DNA from: Chromera velia
Lineage: Eukaryota
Direction of reading: 5' to 3'
DNA: 49,999 nt
NCBI GenBank assembly: GCA_018398765.1
Contig: JAHBMJ010000348.1
Span: 1 to 49,999, forward strand
Below, one piece after another: positions 10,905 through 23,802 of the stretch (its first letter is position 1; each line of letters starts with the position of its first letter). The notes under the pieces were generated by a model. It searched no databases and was not told where the DNA came from. It saw only the letters and a program-made list of their open reading frames with translations. The position numbers and the translations under genes were made by a program.

Positions 10905-11864
10905 GAACGGAGCTGTAACCTCTGCATTACTGGGCGACTTCCTTCAGTGAAGGACTGACTTCGTGTGTCCGACTTATCGCTAGACTGTTCGGCCCTTTTC
11001 TTTATGGGAGGCTCTGCTCCTTATGCAGAGGGCTCAATTCACTATGTAATGCGCAATGCTTTGAACTGCCTGCCAATGTGCCTAACGCCTTGTGGCTGCC
11101 TGTGCCTCGGCAGGGATTCCTCGCACGTACCTCTTGAACTTTGCTGCGATGCTGATCTGTGCTGCGATGCCTGCTTCTGAGCAAGGGATTTCCTTGCGCT
11201 TTTCAGCCACACTGTCACTGTATGCATGACTTTGACACCCGGCCATCGACTGGCTTCAATCTTGAAACGGCGAGGTCCACTTCTTGAAACTCACAAGCAG
11301 CGATAAAAGGTTGGATGAAGTTCGCTCGTGGGCCGAGCCGGCCCATGAGTCGTGTCAGAGCAGTTTTTGTGGTATTATGTATACATGAATACGCAGTGCC
11401 ATTGCATGTGCATGTGTTTGCTGGTCACGCTGCGTCTTCTAGGCCACTTGACGAGCTTTCGCAAGCAGTTTCAAATGCAGTTGATCGCAATTATGCATGG
11501 AGACTGTCCCCGGGCTAGTCCGCGGTTTGTCCCTTTGTCTGACTAGTTGTCTGAGAGACTCAATCCAACTCTTCTACTTTCTACAGTCACGGTTACGGCT
11601 AGAGTTACGGTCTCACTTCCTAGCTCACTTCGGCCAAGTACTACCAAGACTGTAGCTTTGATCACTGAATCATTACGTGATAGACCCAACTAGTTGCTAG
11701 TAGTAGTAGTTGGGCATAGTTGGGTGAGTGCCTCGGGGGACATCGGTGGTTTGCATCTATATGATCCTGCATGGCTCAACCGTGCATGTTTATGTAAAAA
11801 CATGCAGTCTCAGGGCCCGTGGAACGCGGGCTGGGCTGCTCTCCAAAGCAAAATGTACTATTCC

Positions 11865-12304
11865 CGCATGTCGGGGGCGAGTGGGATGCTTTTTGCCCCC
11901 CTAAAGCGGCGCATTTCCGCAAAAAACTCATTTTTTAGAAGCTGAAACTTTGTGTAAGGCGACGTTGTAATGATAAAAAAAGAACTATGAAACAGATTTT
12001 TTATATCATTTCTAGAAACATAGGCTGCCATACAAATTTTATGAGTTTTAGGCCATTTTTTAACGGTTTTCAACAATAAGAAAAACGGTATAAAACTTAT
12101 AAAATTTGTATGGCAGCCTATGTTTCTAGAAATAATATAAAAAATCTGTTGTATAGTTCTTTTTTTATCATTACAACGTCTTCTTATACAAAGTTTCAGC
12201 TTCTAACTCCTTATCAATTATGAGAACGAGTTTTTTGCGGAAAAGCGCCGGTCTCTTATGCAGAAGGGGGGGCAAAAAGCACCCCACTCGCCCCCGGCCA
12301 TGCG
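11865..12304. mobile_element. Foldback/MITE-like element with long inverted arms
   Basis: 11865 to about 12049 is the reverse complement of about 12091-12304 (e.g. TTTCTAGAAACATAGGCTGCCATACAAATTTTAT vs ATAAAATTTGTATGGCAGCCTATGTTTCTAGAAA), with small indels and a short spacer. Confidence 0.8.
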
Positions 12305-12429
12305 AGCTGCTTGAGGAGCGTTTTTCTCTAATCGGGCGACACGTACATACATACCATCCGAACTTCTCCCAGGCCCCAAAAATGAAAAAATACGTTATAC
12401 AAGTGCGCATAATCTCAGGGCCTCTTGGC

Positions 12430-15400
12430 TGATCTCAGCAAAGCTGCGCCGTCTCCCTGAGGCGATGCACTTGATGTATATGAAACCTCCTCTGCAAGGC
12501 TGAAGGCGACTGGTGTTTCCTCTCCCCCCTCCACACAGTCGAAAGCTGCCTGAGCCTTCTACTCCCCCACCGAAATTTTGCAGGTCTCGAAGGATGAAGG
12601 CATCTCCTCTTCCCCCTTAGACCAATCCAAGGCCGCCTCCGCCTCATCGCTCCTCAAGCTAAACCCCTAGGCTGAACCCAAATGCCCCCCTATTTATACC
12701 GCCAACACCCATATCACTAGCCCCAACAGCTCCATGATATGGAAGCCTTTCCGACCTGTGGCCAGCCATATGGCCGATCATAGGATTCTCGGAGGACTTG
12801 GAGGAGGATTGGCCATTCAAAGAGTCCAAGGAAGACGAATGAGTGCCCAGATGCAGACAAGTAAGCACCGGTCTTGTCCCCCCATACACCCTCCCCCATA
12901 GATGACAACCGCCAGTTACCATTGCAAGTTGAACCCATGGGTGACAGGGCTAGCCCCCCTCCTTCCGCTCCTCCCCAATCTACCTGCATCCCACCGACGC
13001 ATGGACACAGACCCCGGGTTACTCCTAACTGACCCCAGCCAAAGCAGCAGCTAACGCAAAACCGGAAGAGGACCATGGGAGCGACCCAGGCGAATACAGA
13101 GGCGAGGAAAGAGAGGGAGGAGCAAGGAGGGGAGTCTTAGGGGTCCCTGGGACCCCACCCCCAGCCGATGTGCTCAACGGATGGAAGTGGAGAGCAGATA
13201 GGAGGGAGAAGGAAAAGAATGACCAAAAGGGACGGGAAATGAAAGAGGTGGCAGCAGCCCTACCCAGGAGTGAAAGGCTAGCCGGCAGACAGTGGGGGAG
13301 GAAGAAAGAGGAAGAGCGCGAGTCCCACACGGAAGAAAGTGACACAGAGAGCATGCCAAGGGCGGCCGGGGGCAGTAGCCTCTGACGCAGATGACTCAGA
13401 CAGGGAGGAAGAGGAGGAGAGGAAAGACAGGAGGAGGCACGATATGGTGATAGCACGAAGCCTTACAGCCCCCGCAGCCCCCCCACACACATGCGATCGA
13501 AGAGGCACCTCAAAATGAATGCTGCAACTACCATGAGCGAGGTGCGTCAGTTGTAGATGTATACAACTCGGGGGTTACAATAAAGGGGGCAAGCACTGTC
13601 TGCTCAATCACCCTATAGAGATGCACGCATACCCAGCTGATAAACAACAGTATGCGTGTATACAGGGTGAGCAGAGCATTCAACTTTATTATTGAAGGAA
13701 GACACAGAAAAGGATAGGGGAGGGGAGGCCTAGAGGACGGGGGCAGCAGACAGGAGGGAAACGAAGAAAGGCCCCTCCAGAGTCAGGGCCCAGCTGCCTC
13801 CGGGCGGCCGAAAAGAGACAGGACCACATGCATGCAGGCAACACACCCACCCAGAGCCAGGGCAGAGGAGGGAGACGAGCAGACAAGGGAAACGTATGCC
13901 TTGTCCGAGCGACGGCCTCGCGAGGGGAGGGACTCTATGTTGGAGAGGTAACACACATCACACACTAACAGATAACACTCCAGCTGCTTGGCACAAACTA
14001 AGTCTTGCCACAAAAGAAGGGGAGGGAGGGTAAGCGAGGAAGGCGTGGAGGCCGAATAGCGCACCCAAAGACCAACAAGCGAAGGACTTCTATCGATCCT
14101 TCGTCTAAGACTTAAAAGTTTGTGGGCACACAGCCGGAAGGTCACACAGCGGTGTTAGAAACCTTCTCAAGAGAGAAGAGGGTGGACCAAGTGTGCGTGA
14201 ACCTCCACGAGGCAGCAAGAGAGGCAGACACCAGGGGGGAGGAAGAAACCGTTACGTCATGGGCAGGAGTGGCAAGGGCCGCATAAAGATGGTGGAAGAG
14301 AGGGGGAACAGACATAATACAGCGGGAGGCTGCAGGGCAGGTAAGAGCAAGGGAGGGAAAGGGAAGGGGGTCAACTTAAAGGGAGCCGAGAGGCCTCAAC
14401 AAAAGAAAAACGGGGGGGATCAGGGCTATAGATGGGAGGGGGGAAGATAAGTCTACAGGACGCAGGGGAGGGCAAAAGTCTGAGAGAAAGCCTCAGGGTC
14501 ACGAGAGGGGAGGGAAGGGACAGAATTGAAGAGATGAAGGGTCAACTTAGCTAGGTTGTATTGCAAGAGTGGGGGCAGACACGCCAAATGGAGGCAGACT
14601 CTGAGAGGCGCGAACAGTCACAGCAAAGGGAGGATAGACAAGATAGGGGAGAGGAGGGGGGGAGGGGCAACGGAAGGCCAAGGGTAAGATAAATGACGGC
14701 AGAGGAGAGTCAACGCCTCATAGGGGAGGCATCCGGGAGGGGCCGACAGATAGAGGGGGAGGGAGGGAAAGAAAAATGGAGGGGGTGGAGGCAACAGTGG
14801 GAAGAAGCCATGAAGTACACCCAAACGGGGCATTATGTGATGCCTCGGAGGGGACTGGAGAGAGAGATAATAAAAAAGCTGGCAGAGTTGATTGCGGGGG
14901 TTTGGAGGGGGGAGTGGCACAGCGAGGCCCCAATACTATTTTTAACCTCCATCCTGATGCGATGGGACCCCAGGCTCAAGAAAAACGCGGCAGTGAGGCA
15001 AAGTTGGAAGAGAGAATGATAAAATGGGAGGAAGGAGAAGGAGGGAGGAAATAGATAATGAAAGAAGCGAAACTGTTGAGTGATAAAGTAAGAGAAACAA
15101 AGGGGAGACTCTGAGGGCGCAAACGGGAGCAAGAGGAAGATGAAGGGGAGAGGAGGAAGAATTTGATCAGATATTTTCGAGATCTGATGCAAAAAGATAA
15201 GATTCGGCACGCTCTGTGAGGGCTAGTAGAGAGGGAGAAAGGGAGGGTGCTCGATGCAGAGGACATGTTCCAGGTTGGGAACGGGCCCATACAGACAGTT
15301 GCAGCCACATTAGAGATGAAGCACCTAAAGTCTGACAGCCGCAGCCTCCACATGGATGGACTCATCCTCCTCTCCGAAGGGGAAGCCCTCCCTCCGTTTG

Positions 15401-17447
15401 AATACATAGTGATCACCTCCGACGGCATCGAGGAAGTGATTAGAAGACTGCAGGGCAGCGCAGGCCCCTCTGGGTTTGATAACACCAATCTACAGTCTGC
15501 TTTTCTCCGATACGGCCCCGCCATGCAGTGACCAGCTGACTCAGAGAGAGGAGGTGGCAAGACTGATAGAGGTTATAGCAAATGGAATATAGGGATGGGA
15601 GAGAGTGTGAGCCTTCAGGGCATGTTGGCTGGTTGCTTTCAATAAATGCCCCGGCGCCCGACCGGTAGGTTAGCCGATAAGGATCGGAAAGTCTATGAGG
15701 CAATTGATGGCCAAAGCCATTATGCATAAGACTAAAGAGGAGCCTGCAGCTGCGATCAGCCGCGTGTGGGGCAGAACACTATCAGCTAGCAGGGGGGCAC
15801 TGTGATACTGACAGTAGGGCGCCATCGAGGCGGTAATCCATGCAGTGGGGGGGGTATGGGAGGATATAGACAGGCCGCACGTGTCGGCTAGTTGCCCTCG
15901 ATAAGTGCCCCGGCGCCCGACCGGTAGGCTAGCCGATAAGGATCGGAAAGTCTATGAGGCGACTGATGGCCAAAGCCATCATACATAAGACTAAAGAGGA
16001 GCTTGCAGCCGCGATCAGCTACGTGTGGGGCAGAACATTATCAGCTAGCAGGGGGGCACTGTGACACTGACAGCAGGGCGCCATCGAGGCGGTAATCTAT
16101 GCAGTGGGGGGGGTATGGGAGGATATAGACAGGCCGGGCTACAAGGGACAACCCATGCTTAGCGTTCGGCCTAGTACTAGAAGTAGACGCCTCTAACGGC
16201 TTTGGGGAAGCAAGAAGGATTGCAGAACTCTGGAATGTTAGAGTCAAGTGGCCGCGAGCGGCATAGTTCATCTTCAATTGTTACAGAGGAGAATCTGATG
16301 CCAAAATGTTCCTACGGGGGGGGAACAGCCTCCGAACAGGACGACAGTTCTTCAAAGCAAGGAAAGATAGACAGAGGGAGACCTTCTAGTATGCAAGGAA
16401 AGATAGACAGAGGGCTATGCAATCACTCAGCTTCCCCTTGTGTGGGTACTATGAGATACCAATACACAGGTCAGGGCGGGGGAAAGGGGAAGGGATAAAT
16501 AGAGAGAAAGAGCAAGCAGTGAGAATGGGGAGGGAAGGAAAGGGCGACAGGAGGGGGATACGGGCGTCAAGGGGGACGACCAGGAGGCACACAACCGAGA
16601 ACTTTGGAGACAAACGGATTGGATTCCATAGATCCCCCCCTCCGTTCTCTTCATGAACTCTTCTACCTTCTTTCCCACCTACTTCTCTTTCTCCGTTTCA
16701 TCTCCCACACATCCTCCTAGGAGTCTGCACCCTGTCACGATGGTTATTCCCTTTCCCCCCTCTTCCTTAGGTAAAAACTCGGCAAACATACACCTTCTTA
16801 GCTTCTTCCACAAACCGTGCAGGGACTGCGAGAATTGTTTTATTAGGCTTGGGGAAGTAGCTTATGGCTAGACCCCTCTGCAGCACTGTGCGGTACCATT
16901 CCCTGATCATCACTAGCCTGCCGAGGCAGGACGCATCGTCTGCGTACCATACCTATCGTCATGCTTTGCGTGCGTGGGGGGGCTACTGGTTCGGCTAAGG
17001 CATCTGGAGGTCTAGAGAGAGTGACTGAAGCAGTTGTGCATGGCATTGCGCCTCATACAGGAAGCGTACACGGCTTACATACGTTAAGTCACAACAGTGG
17101 GAGTGAGGGTTCCTGTAGAGGGTCACACAAGTAAGGGGGGAACAGTTTGATCCCGTTAAGGCAGCAATTTGAGACAGGCTACTCCCTGCCTTGCTATTCA
17201 GGAGGCCTCGCGATAGCTCCCATACCGCCGCAGAGCAATAGATGAGAGAGGTCAGTGCACTACCAGTTAGACTGGGGGGGATGGGGATTGACAATCCCAA
17301 GACAGAAGGGGGAGAAGCGAGAGCGACGTCTTAGGCAGCAACTAGAGAACTTACACAGGCCATTCGAGAAGGAAGAAAGGTAGAGGAGGAAAAAAAAAAG
17401 AGAGGAAAGGAAGGAGGCTCGTAAAGAGTACAGCGAGAGAAAGAGGG
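12430..17447 (+). mobile_element. Decayed non-LTR retrotransposon, CRE-like RT; 5' boundary approximate
   Basis: Fragmented motifs HSEAPILFLTSIL, LQGSAGPSGFD, RLVALDKCPG, RRLMAKA, AIEAVIHA, EVDASNGF and LPVRLGGMGIDNP between 14.7 and 17.3 kb, matching the pattern of CRE-clade RTs; many stops and frameshifts. Confidence 0.7.
15621..16136 (+). repeat. Tandem duplication, 2 x 259 bp, inside the non-LTR RT
   Basis: 15621-15877 aligns without gaps to 15880-16136. Confidence 0.95.
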
Positions 17448-17967
17448 TGTAAGCTGTTTTACAGGAGTCTTAGTAATATCAGATACAGATGGTTAAAGTC
17501 TGATAGACATCGGTTGGTTTAGTCTAGCAGTTAATATCAATCTTGAGCATTCTTAGTGATGATGTCAAGCAGACACATCAAGCAATATTAAGCATGCACT
17601 TTACTAAAATCACTTAATGAAAGCATACCCGACTTCACGATGCGCGGCCTCGTGATATACCTATACACGCTATGTGGCCCGGGTCCCCCATCTGGCCCAC
17701 ATCTGCCTGACGCTTGCCAGCCCTTTATTACTCAGTCTTCTTATTAGGCGGAATGCCCCTCACACTTGCCCGTCTTTCAAGCCAACGTCTATGCTTAGCT
17801 CTGAAGACTGATATATTAATCATATATCCATCGAGCGATTGGACAATCAATTCTTATACCTATCTATCTTCTCATTAAGCGCCTATCTAGCATGCCCTCG
17901 AGTGATTGAGTTATCATCATATATTGTCTTTCACCCTATGCCTTTCCTCCCTCACACTGCCCGTCTG

Positions 17968-20900
17968 TCATTTTTCTTTCCTTTTGAAATCAGTGATCCT
18001 TTCTTTTGCTCTCTTAAGATTCTTCGCTGGCTCCCACGAAGCATCTTTCACTCCAAACCCTTTCCATTTAACTAAATAATGCTGTTTCCTTGAAATTCTC
18101 TTGCTGTCCAAAATTCTATCTACCTCATACTCAGCACCCTCGAGCCTCGGAAGTCTAACTGTAGGTGGAGGGTCACCCGGCTCTCTCACATACTTTTTCA
18201 AATAGTTCATATTCATCACAGGATGAATACGAACTCCTGCCGGGAAGATCAACTCATACGCTCCCCATGTGATTGCCCTCTCTACCTTAAAAGGACAAAA
18301 CCACACAGGCTCAAGCTTCCTCTTTACTCCCTCCGGCCTTCTTTCTTGTTCGAAAAATTCTTTATGCACTAACACCCAATTTTCTGGACCCAATTCCAGT
18401 TCTCTATGATAACGATCATAGTAGTGAGCTGCCGTCTCCCTTGCTTGCTCCAGGCACTCCTTCGCTTATGCCATCTCTGCCCTATATAGTGCGGTGAAGT
18501 CAGCTGCTGCCGGAGATAGCAAACTTTCCCGAACAGGCACTGCAGGCAGTCGGATTGGATCAAAGCCATGCACAAATCTAAATGGTGAGAGACCTGTCAC
18601 TGGATGCACACTGTCTTTATATGCAAACTGACATGCCGGCAAAGCCTCAGCCCAGTCTTCCTAATGGTCCATCACGAAACACCTCAACATCTCCCTGATC
18701 GTTTTGTTGTCTCTCTCTGTCTGTCCGTCTGTCTACGGGTGTCTGGAAGAGCTCATCTTGATTTTTGATTTCTAGAGTCTTTGCAATTTTCGCCAAAATG
18801 CAGAGATGAAGCGAGGATCGCGATCAGAGAGAAGAGAACGAAACATACTGACCGAGCACACCACTTTCTCGAATACAATCGATGCTGTCTCTTCTCTCGT
18901 GGCCTCTTCCCACACCGGGATGAAAAATATATTTTTTGATAAACGATCAATAACAGAGAGAATTCCATCCACAATTCTTCCCTAGTACAGTGTTCTTGGC
19001 AGACCAAACAGGAAGTCGAGAGAAAGAGATTCATACGGACACTTAGGGATAGGCAAAGAATTGAGCAGACCAGGTCTTTTCTGGGTGGAATGTTTTGCTC
19101 TCTGACAGGCATCACACCGAGCTACATACTTCTTGACTGATGAATATATGTTGGGCCAGTAAAACTCACTGTTCAGCTTGAGAAATGTCTTTTCTGGCCC
19201 CAGATGTCCTCCGACCACCGTGTTATGATGCTCGGAGATCATCTGCCTCTGCAGAACATCAGTTGGAATGGCCAATCTGTCTTTGAAATAAAAAAAGCCA
19301 TCAATGAGAATGAATGGTTGAATTCTTATTCTCAAGTGTCGAGGCACAAGCACCTCTGGATGCTTCAATACAGTGAAAGAATCTTTCTTTTTTGTATCCT
19401 CCTTTCACTTCCTTCAAGAACTCTTCATTCACATCCACTCTCATCTCAATGCCTGCCAATAGTCCTTTTGCTTCCTTTTCTTCTTCCTTTCTCTTTTCAG
19501 TCTTTTCTTCCGCTTCCTACTTTTGCTCAGTTCTCACAAGCTTTCTGCTCAATACATCTGCTACCCGATTCTTACTTCCAGGCATGTATTGAGGCGTAAT
19601 ACCTATCTGGTTTAACAACAAAACCCAACGACACATGCGAGGAGACATTTACATTCGATTGGCGGTCGACGTAACTGTCTTCAAACTTTCATGATCACTC
19701 CATACCTGGGTCGTGCACGAAACGTACGGATGCCAAATCTTGACTGCGAATACACAAGCAAGGAACTCCTTGTCTCTGATGTGGTAGTTCTTCTCTGCTG
19801 GGCTTATTGTTCTCAAAGCAAATGTATACGGCCGAAGGATCCTGACACGTGGATCCTTCTGTATGAGCACAGTAGCAACAGTCGCAGTCTTTTCATACGC
19901 ATCAGCAAAAATTTCGAATAGACGAGTAGGATCAGGAATGTATAATTCAGTCACCTGCTTAACTGCTTATTTGACTGTTTCAAAACTTGCCTGCTGCTCT
20001 TCTTTCTACTCAAACTTCACCGTCTTTTTTAGCAAGCGATAAAGAGGCGCAGCCTTCTTGCTGAATTCAAACATAAAACGTCTTACCTAAGAAGCCAAAC
20101 CAAGGAAAGAATGCAACTCACTCACATTCTTGGGCACTAGCCAGTTTTCTATCTCTTCTGTTTCTTTGTCTCTGGCCTCACTCCTTTCTCTGAGATCCTC
20201 AGCCCTAAGAATATCACCTTTCTTTTAAAAAAATGACACTTCGACAGCTTTGCAAACAGATTTGCCTGTCTAAGGAGAAAAAGAACACGAGAGACATGCC
20301 GTTCATACTCCTCTCTCGTCTTTGAATAAATTAGAATATCATCCAAAAATATAGATACATACCGATCAAGGCACTCCCTCAATACACACTAAATCAATTG
20401 CATGGCTGCCGGGGGGGCATTCGTTAATCCCAAAGAGACCACGAGCCATTCATAATTCCCATAGCTTATCATGAAGGCTTTTTTGGGCACGTCTTTCTCT
20501 CTCATTCTCATCTGATGGTAGTATTGCTAAAGATCAAGAGCTATGAAAAATTTTGCCCCATACAGTCTATCAATCAAATCTTGAGGATGAGGCAATGGAT
20601 GCTTGTCCTTCACTGTGATTCTATTTAATCCCGTATAGTCACAACACATCCTCATTGTCCCATCCTTCTTTGCCACAAACACAACTGGTGTTGCAAAAGA
20701 AGAACAAGATGGTTGAATAAATCTTTGCTTCAAGTATGTATCAACTTGCTTCCTCAATTCATCCAGCTCATCCAAAGAGAGACGATATTAGGGTGGGCGA
20801 GCTGGAGGCGGGTGTCGGGCTCCTGGTTTGAGATCTATCTTAAAGTCAAGTCCTTCCCCCCTAGATGGCGGCAACCCTGTCAAGGAATTAAGAAAGAGAG

Positions 20901-21778
20901 ATGCATTGTCTGCCATAATTTTCTTTACATCGATCGGCACGGTCGATTTCTTCAGGTACTCACGAACCTCAGTCAATTCAGGTGAAGAGAGAACAGGATG
21001 ATCAGAAGGAAAAGAAGAGAGAAAATCATCATTCATTATCTCACTACCCCTAAATCCCTTTCAATTCTCTCCAGCATTCTTTCTCCCCCCGTTTTCACTG
21101 ACTTTATGCAATTCTTGAACCCTGCAAACAACCCTAGTAGACTCACCAAAAGAGATTTCTGTCTGCAGTCTAACTAGATGCATGGTAGACAGCTCCTTTC
21201 CAGATCGCCCGCTTTGCCTGCACAGAAGAGAGAAGAGGAGGAGTGCTGAATGTTTGTTCCTCGTCCCCTTCCTCCAACTCCACATCTGGAACCCAATAAA
21301 TCAATTTCCTTCTGAACCAAAAACGTAGACTTTGAAACGACCACTGCAGTTCAGGCTCATAGACATGACCCCACTTTGTCCCCAAGATCAAATCATACTC
21401 ATCCAGGTCGGCCAACATTGCACCCACTGTCTCTTGATACCCCTGAATGTTGATCGGCACTGTGGGTGCACACTCATAGACCGACCGAGTCTTCGAGGAC
21501 TTGAGGGCACCATGCAAGTTGACGGGGCATCTCAATCTGCACACACAGAGATGGTGGGCATGGGCAAAACAACGGTCAAGATAAATATTATCTGCACCCG
21601 AATTAACCAAAACTCTGACAGGTACACCAGCCACTCGACCTGAAAACACAAATAACCCTAGACGGACCCCTGTTTCATTTTCTTCCTCCTTCATTTCCAT
21701 TGGCACGTCTTCATTCTCAGGGTTTTCTCCCATCTCGGGGCACTGACCACAAGTTTTGAGTCCCTCTGCTCCTATCAC
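17968..21778 (-). pseudogene. pol: Ty3/gypsy pol with chromodomain, degenerate
   Basis: Protease VLVNSGA; RT KKDGTMRMCCDY and FLDDILIYS; RNase H EKNYHIRDKEFLA and SDHESL; integrase H-H-C-C zinc finger, SLDF, SDRDPRF; chromodomain YEVDRILD...YLVKWKG...SWEP. Confidence 0.92.
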
Positions 21779-21968
21779 CTCATCCGTCTCGAAACTTCCG
21801 TAGATCGTTCGAACTCCCTTACCTGCCGGCTTCCTTCCACCTCTTCCTCTTCCTCTGGGACCACCGTCTCTGTGTCCCCCTCTCGACTGTGACTAGCCCA
21901 GAAGTGGCCATGCTTAGACAGTCGGGAATGGAGCTCCAAACCCTCTGCGATCTCCCTGGTATCCGCCT

Positions 21969-22895
21969 TTACCCTGCCCCCATCCTTCTTAGCTGCCTGA
22001 AGTCTCCACGGAATCTCCCATAGTCTTGTAAGTCCTGAGGGTTCCCTCCACCAGTGAGTCTCCGCATTCCAAAGAAGTTTCCGCCGAGTCTAGAGAAGGG
22101 ACCTGGACACTGTCTAGCAGTATGCCCTGTGAGGCGGCATCTGAAACACCTTCCCTCTGCAATGCAGAGAGACCTCTCTACCGGTGTAAGTGGTAGTAGG
22201 AGTTGACGGACCCCACACAGGTCCATGGGGACGGGCCGTTCCTCTTGTCTCAGTGGAGAGTTGCGTCGGGCACTCTCCCTACCACTCTCGAAGGCACTCG
22301 GCCTTTGGAAGTCTCGTGTCCCGCCTTGCGGTCCTTCTCCACCAGAGAGAAAGACCTCAAGCTCGCTTGCTGTCTTCATGGCGATGACCAAGTTGACCGG
22401 ATGCGCCTTGTTTGTTTCAAGGCGAACATTTGCTGACAAACCAGAGATGTAGTCTTCAACGATGTCTTCAGAATCTTCGATCAACCGGCCCTTCAGTTTC
22501 ATGACAAGCGGCTTGAATCGCTTATTGTAGTCGTTAACCCCAGCTCCAGTGCATCGGCACTTCTTCAGGTCCTTTTTGGCCTTCTATCTGGCCAGTGTAT
22601 CTGAATAGTGCTCGATGAGGGCAGCCTTCAACGACTCCCAGTTCTTGAATGGTCCGTTCTCGACCTCATAGAGGTCAAACCATTCCTTCAGGTCCTGGGA
22701 CATTCTGTTTTTTGCCACCAATACCTTGTCCAGGTCCAACACTTTCTCAAGTTTGTAGAAGTCTTCTACGTCTTTCAACCACCTGGTCAACTTGGCTTGC
22801 ACTCTAAAGAACAGAGCAGGGGCCTCGCATAGCTTCATATAGTGTAATGAGGACGCGGTTGTACTTTGGGCTGGCGTAATAGCAGGTGACATCAC
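21969..22895 (-). pseudogene. gag: Ty3/gypsy gag with one in-frame stop
   Basis: Retrotrans_gag-like helices (WFD...WESLKAALIEHY), PVPMDL motif and CFRCRLTGHTARQC knuckle; ORFs 22584-22895 and 21969-22502 are in frame. Confidence 0.88.
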
Positions 22896-23230
22896 CGTTG
22901 CCTGGACAGATCCTGAGCGGCTTGAGAAACAAGTAATTACAGAGTTTCTCCATGCAGGTTTGTCTCACTTTGAAAGACTTTGAGATTTGTCTCTAGTTTC
23001 GGAGACCTTAAGCTTAAACATCTTTTTAGCTAGTTTTTTAGTACGTATGTTCTAAACATATGTTAAGGTGTGACTTTAAGTAACTTAAGTAATAATAGTC
23101 TTAAAGTAGAAGTGATTTCAGAGGTTATATAGACAATATTCAAGATATAGATTGAGATCTTATTTAGGATGTAATGAGAGCAGTTTTAATTTATTTTTAA
23201 GTTAAACGGCCTATCTAGTAAAGATTCCAA

Positions 23231-23238
23231 TGCTACCA
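23231..23238 (-). promoter_or_regulatory. Primer-binding site, initiator tRNA-Met type
   Basis: Minus strand TGGTAGCA is complementary to the TGCTACCA 3' end of many tRNA-iMet; about 340 bp upstream of gag. Short match only. Confidence 0.55.
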
Positions 23239-23255
23239 TGCAATTTAATTAGGTT

Positions 23256-23802
23256 ACAAAAATGAGTGAATTTATAAATGGATCAATGCGCTAGGTCAAC
23301 AAAGCAACATTGCATATCATGCTCCGTAGTTAGCCAGAGTCTAAGTAGTGGCTCACCGGCTTTAACCGCCTCAATTCATTCATTCAATTCAAATGAATTT
23401 AAGTGAATTTAGATGAATTTACATGAATTTAAGCCATGAATTTAGATGAATTTAAGTGAATTTAGATGAATTTACATGAATTTAAGCCATGAATTTAGAT
23501 GAATTTAGGTGAATTTAAGTGAATTTACAAGTGAATTTTGAGTATAAATTCACTATAATAAATTTAATTTTAAGTTCACTATGAAATTAATGAATTTAAG
23601 TGAATTTACATTAATTAATTTCTATATAAAAAGCTTTAAATTCATTTTGAAATGAATTTAGAAATCTAAATTCACAGTGAATTTAGCCTCAAAATTTATT
23701 TGTAAATTCACTTAAATTCACCTAAATTCATCTAAATTCACTGCTTAAATTCATATGACGTAAATTCATCTAAATTCATTTATAAATTCACTCATTTTTG
23801 CA
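23256..23802. mobile_element. MITE-like element with TIRs and internal TGAATTTA subrepeats
   Basis: CAAAAATGAGTGAATTTATAAATG near 23258 and its reverse complement near 23777-23800; the interior has dozens of TGAATTTA units that switch to TAAATTCA. Confidence 0.75.

Larger units (their letters stand above)
17448..23238 (-). mobile_element. Degenerate chromodomain-bearing Ty3/gypsy LTR retrotransposon, 5' LTR missing
   Basis: gag-PR-RT-RH-INT-chromodomain on the minus strand; PBS-like TGGTAGCA at 23238-23231; probable 3' LTR 17448-17764 (TGTAAG...CTCACA on +) next to a GAAAGACGGGCAAG purine tract. Confidence 0.85.

Noticed and set aside
23385..23800. Regularly repeated TGAATTTA units as a CRISPR-like array
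   Set aside because: No unique spacers, units invert midway, eukaryotic context; better explained as MITE subrepeats.
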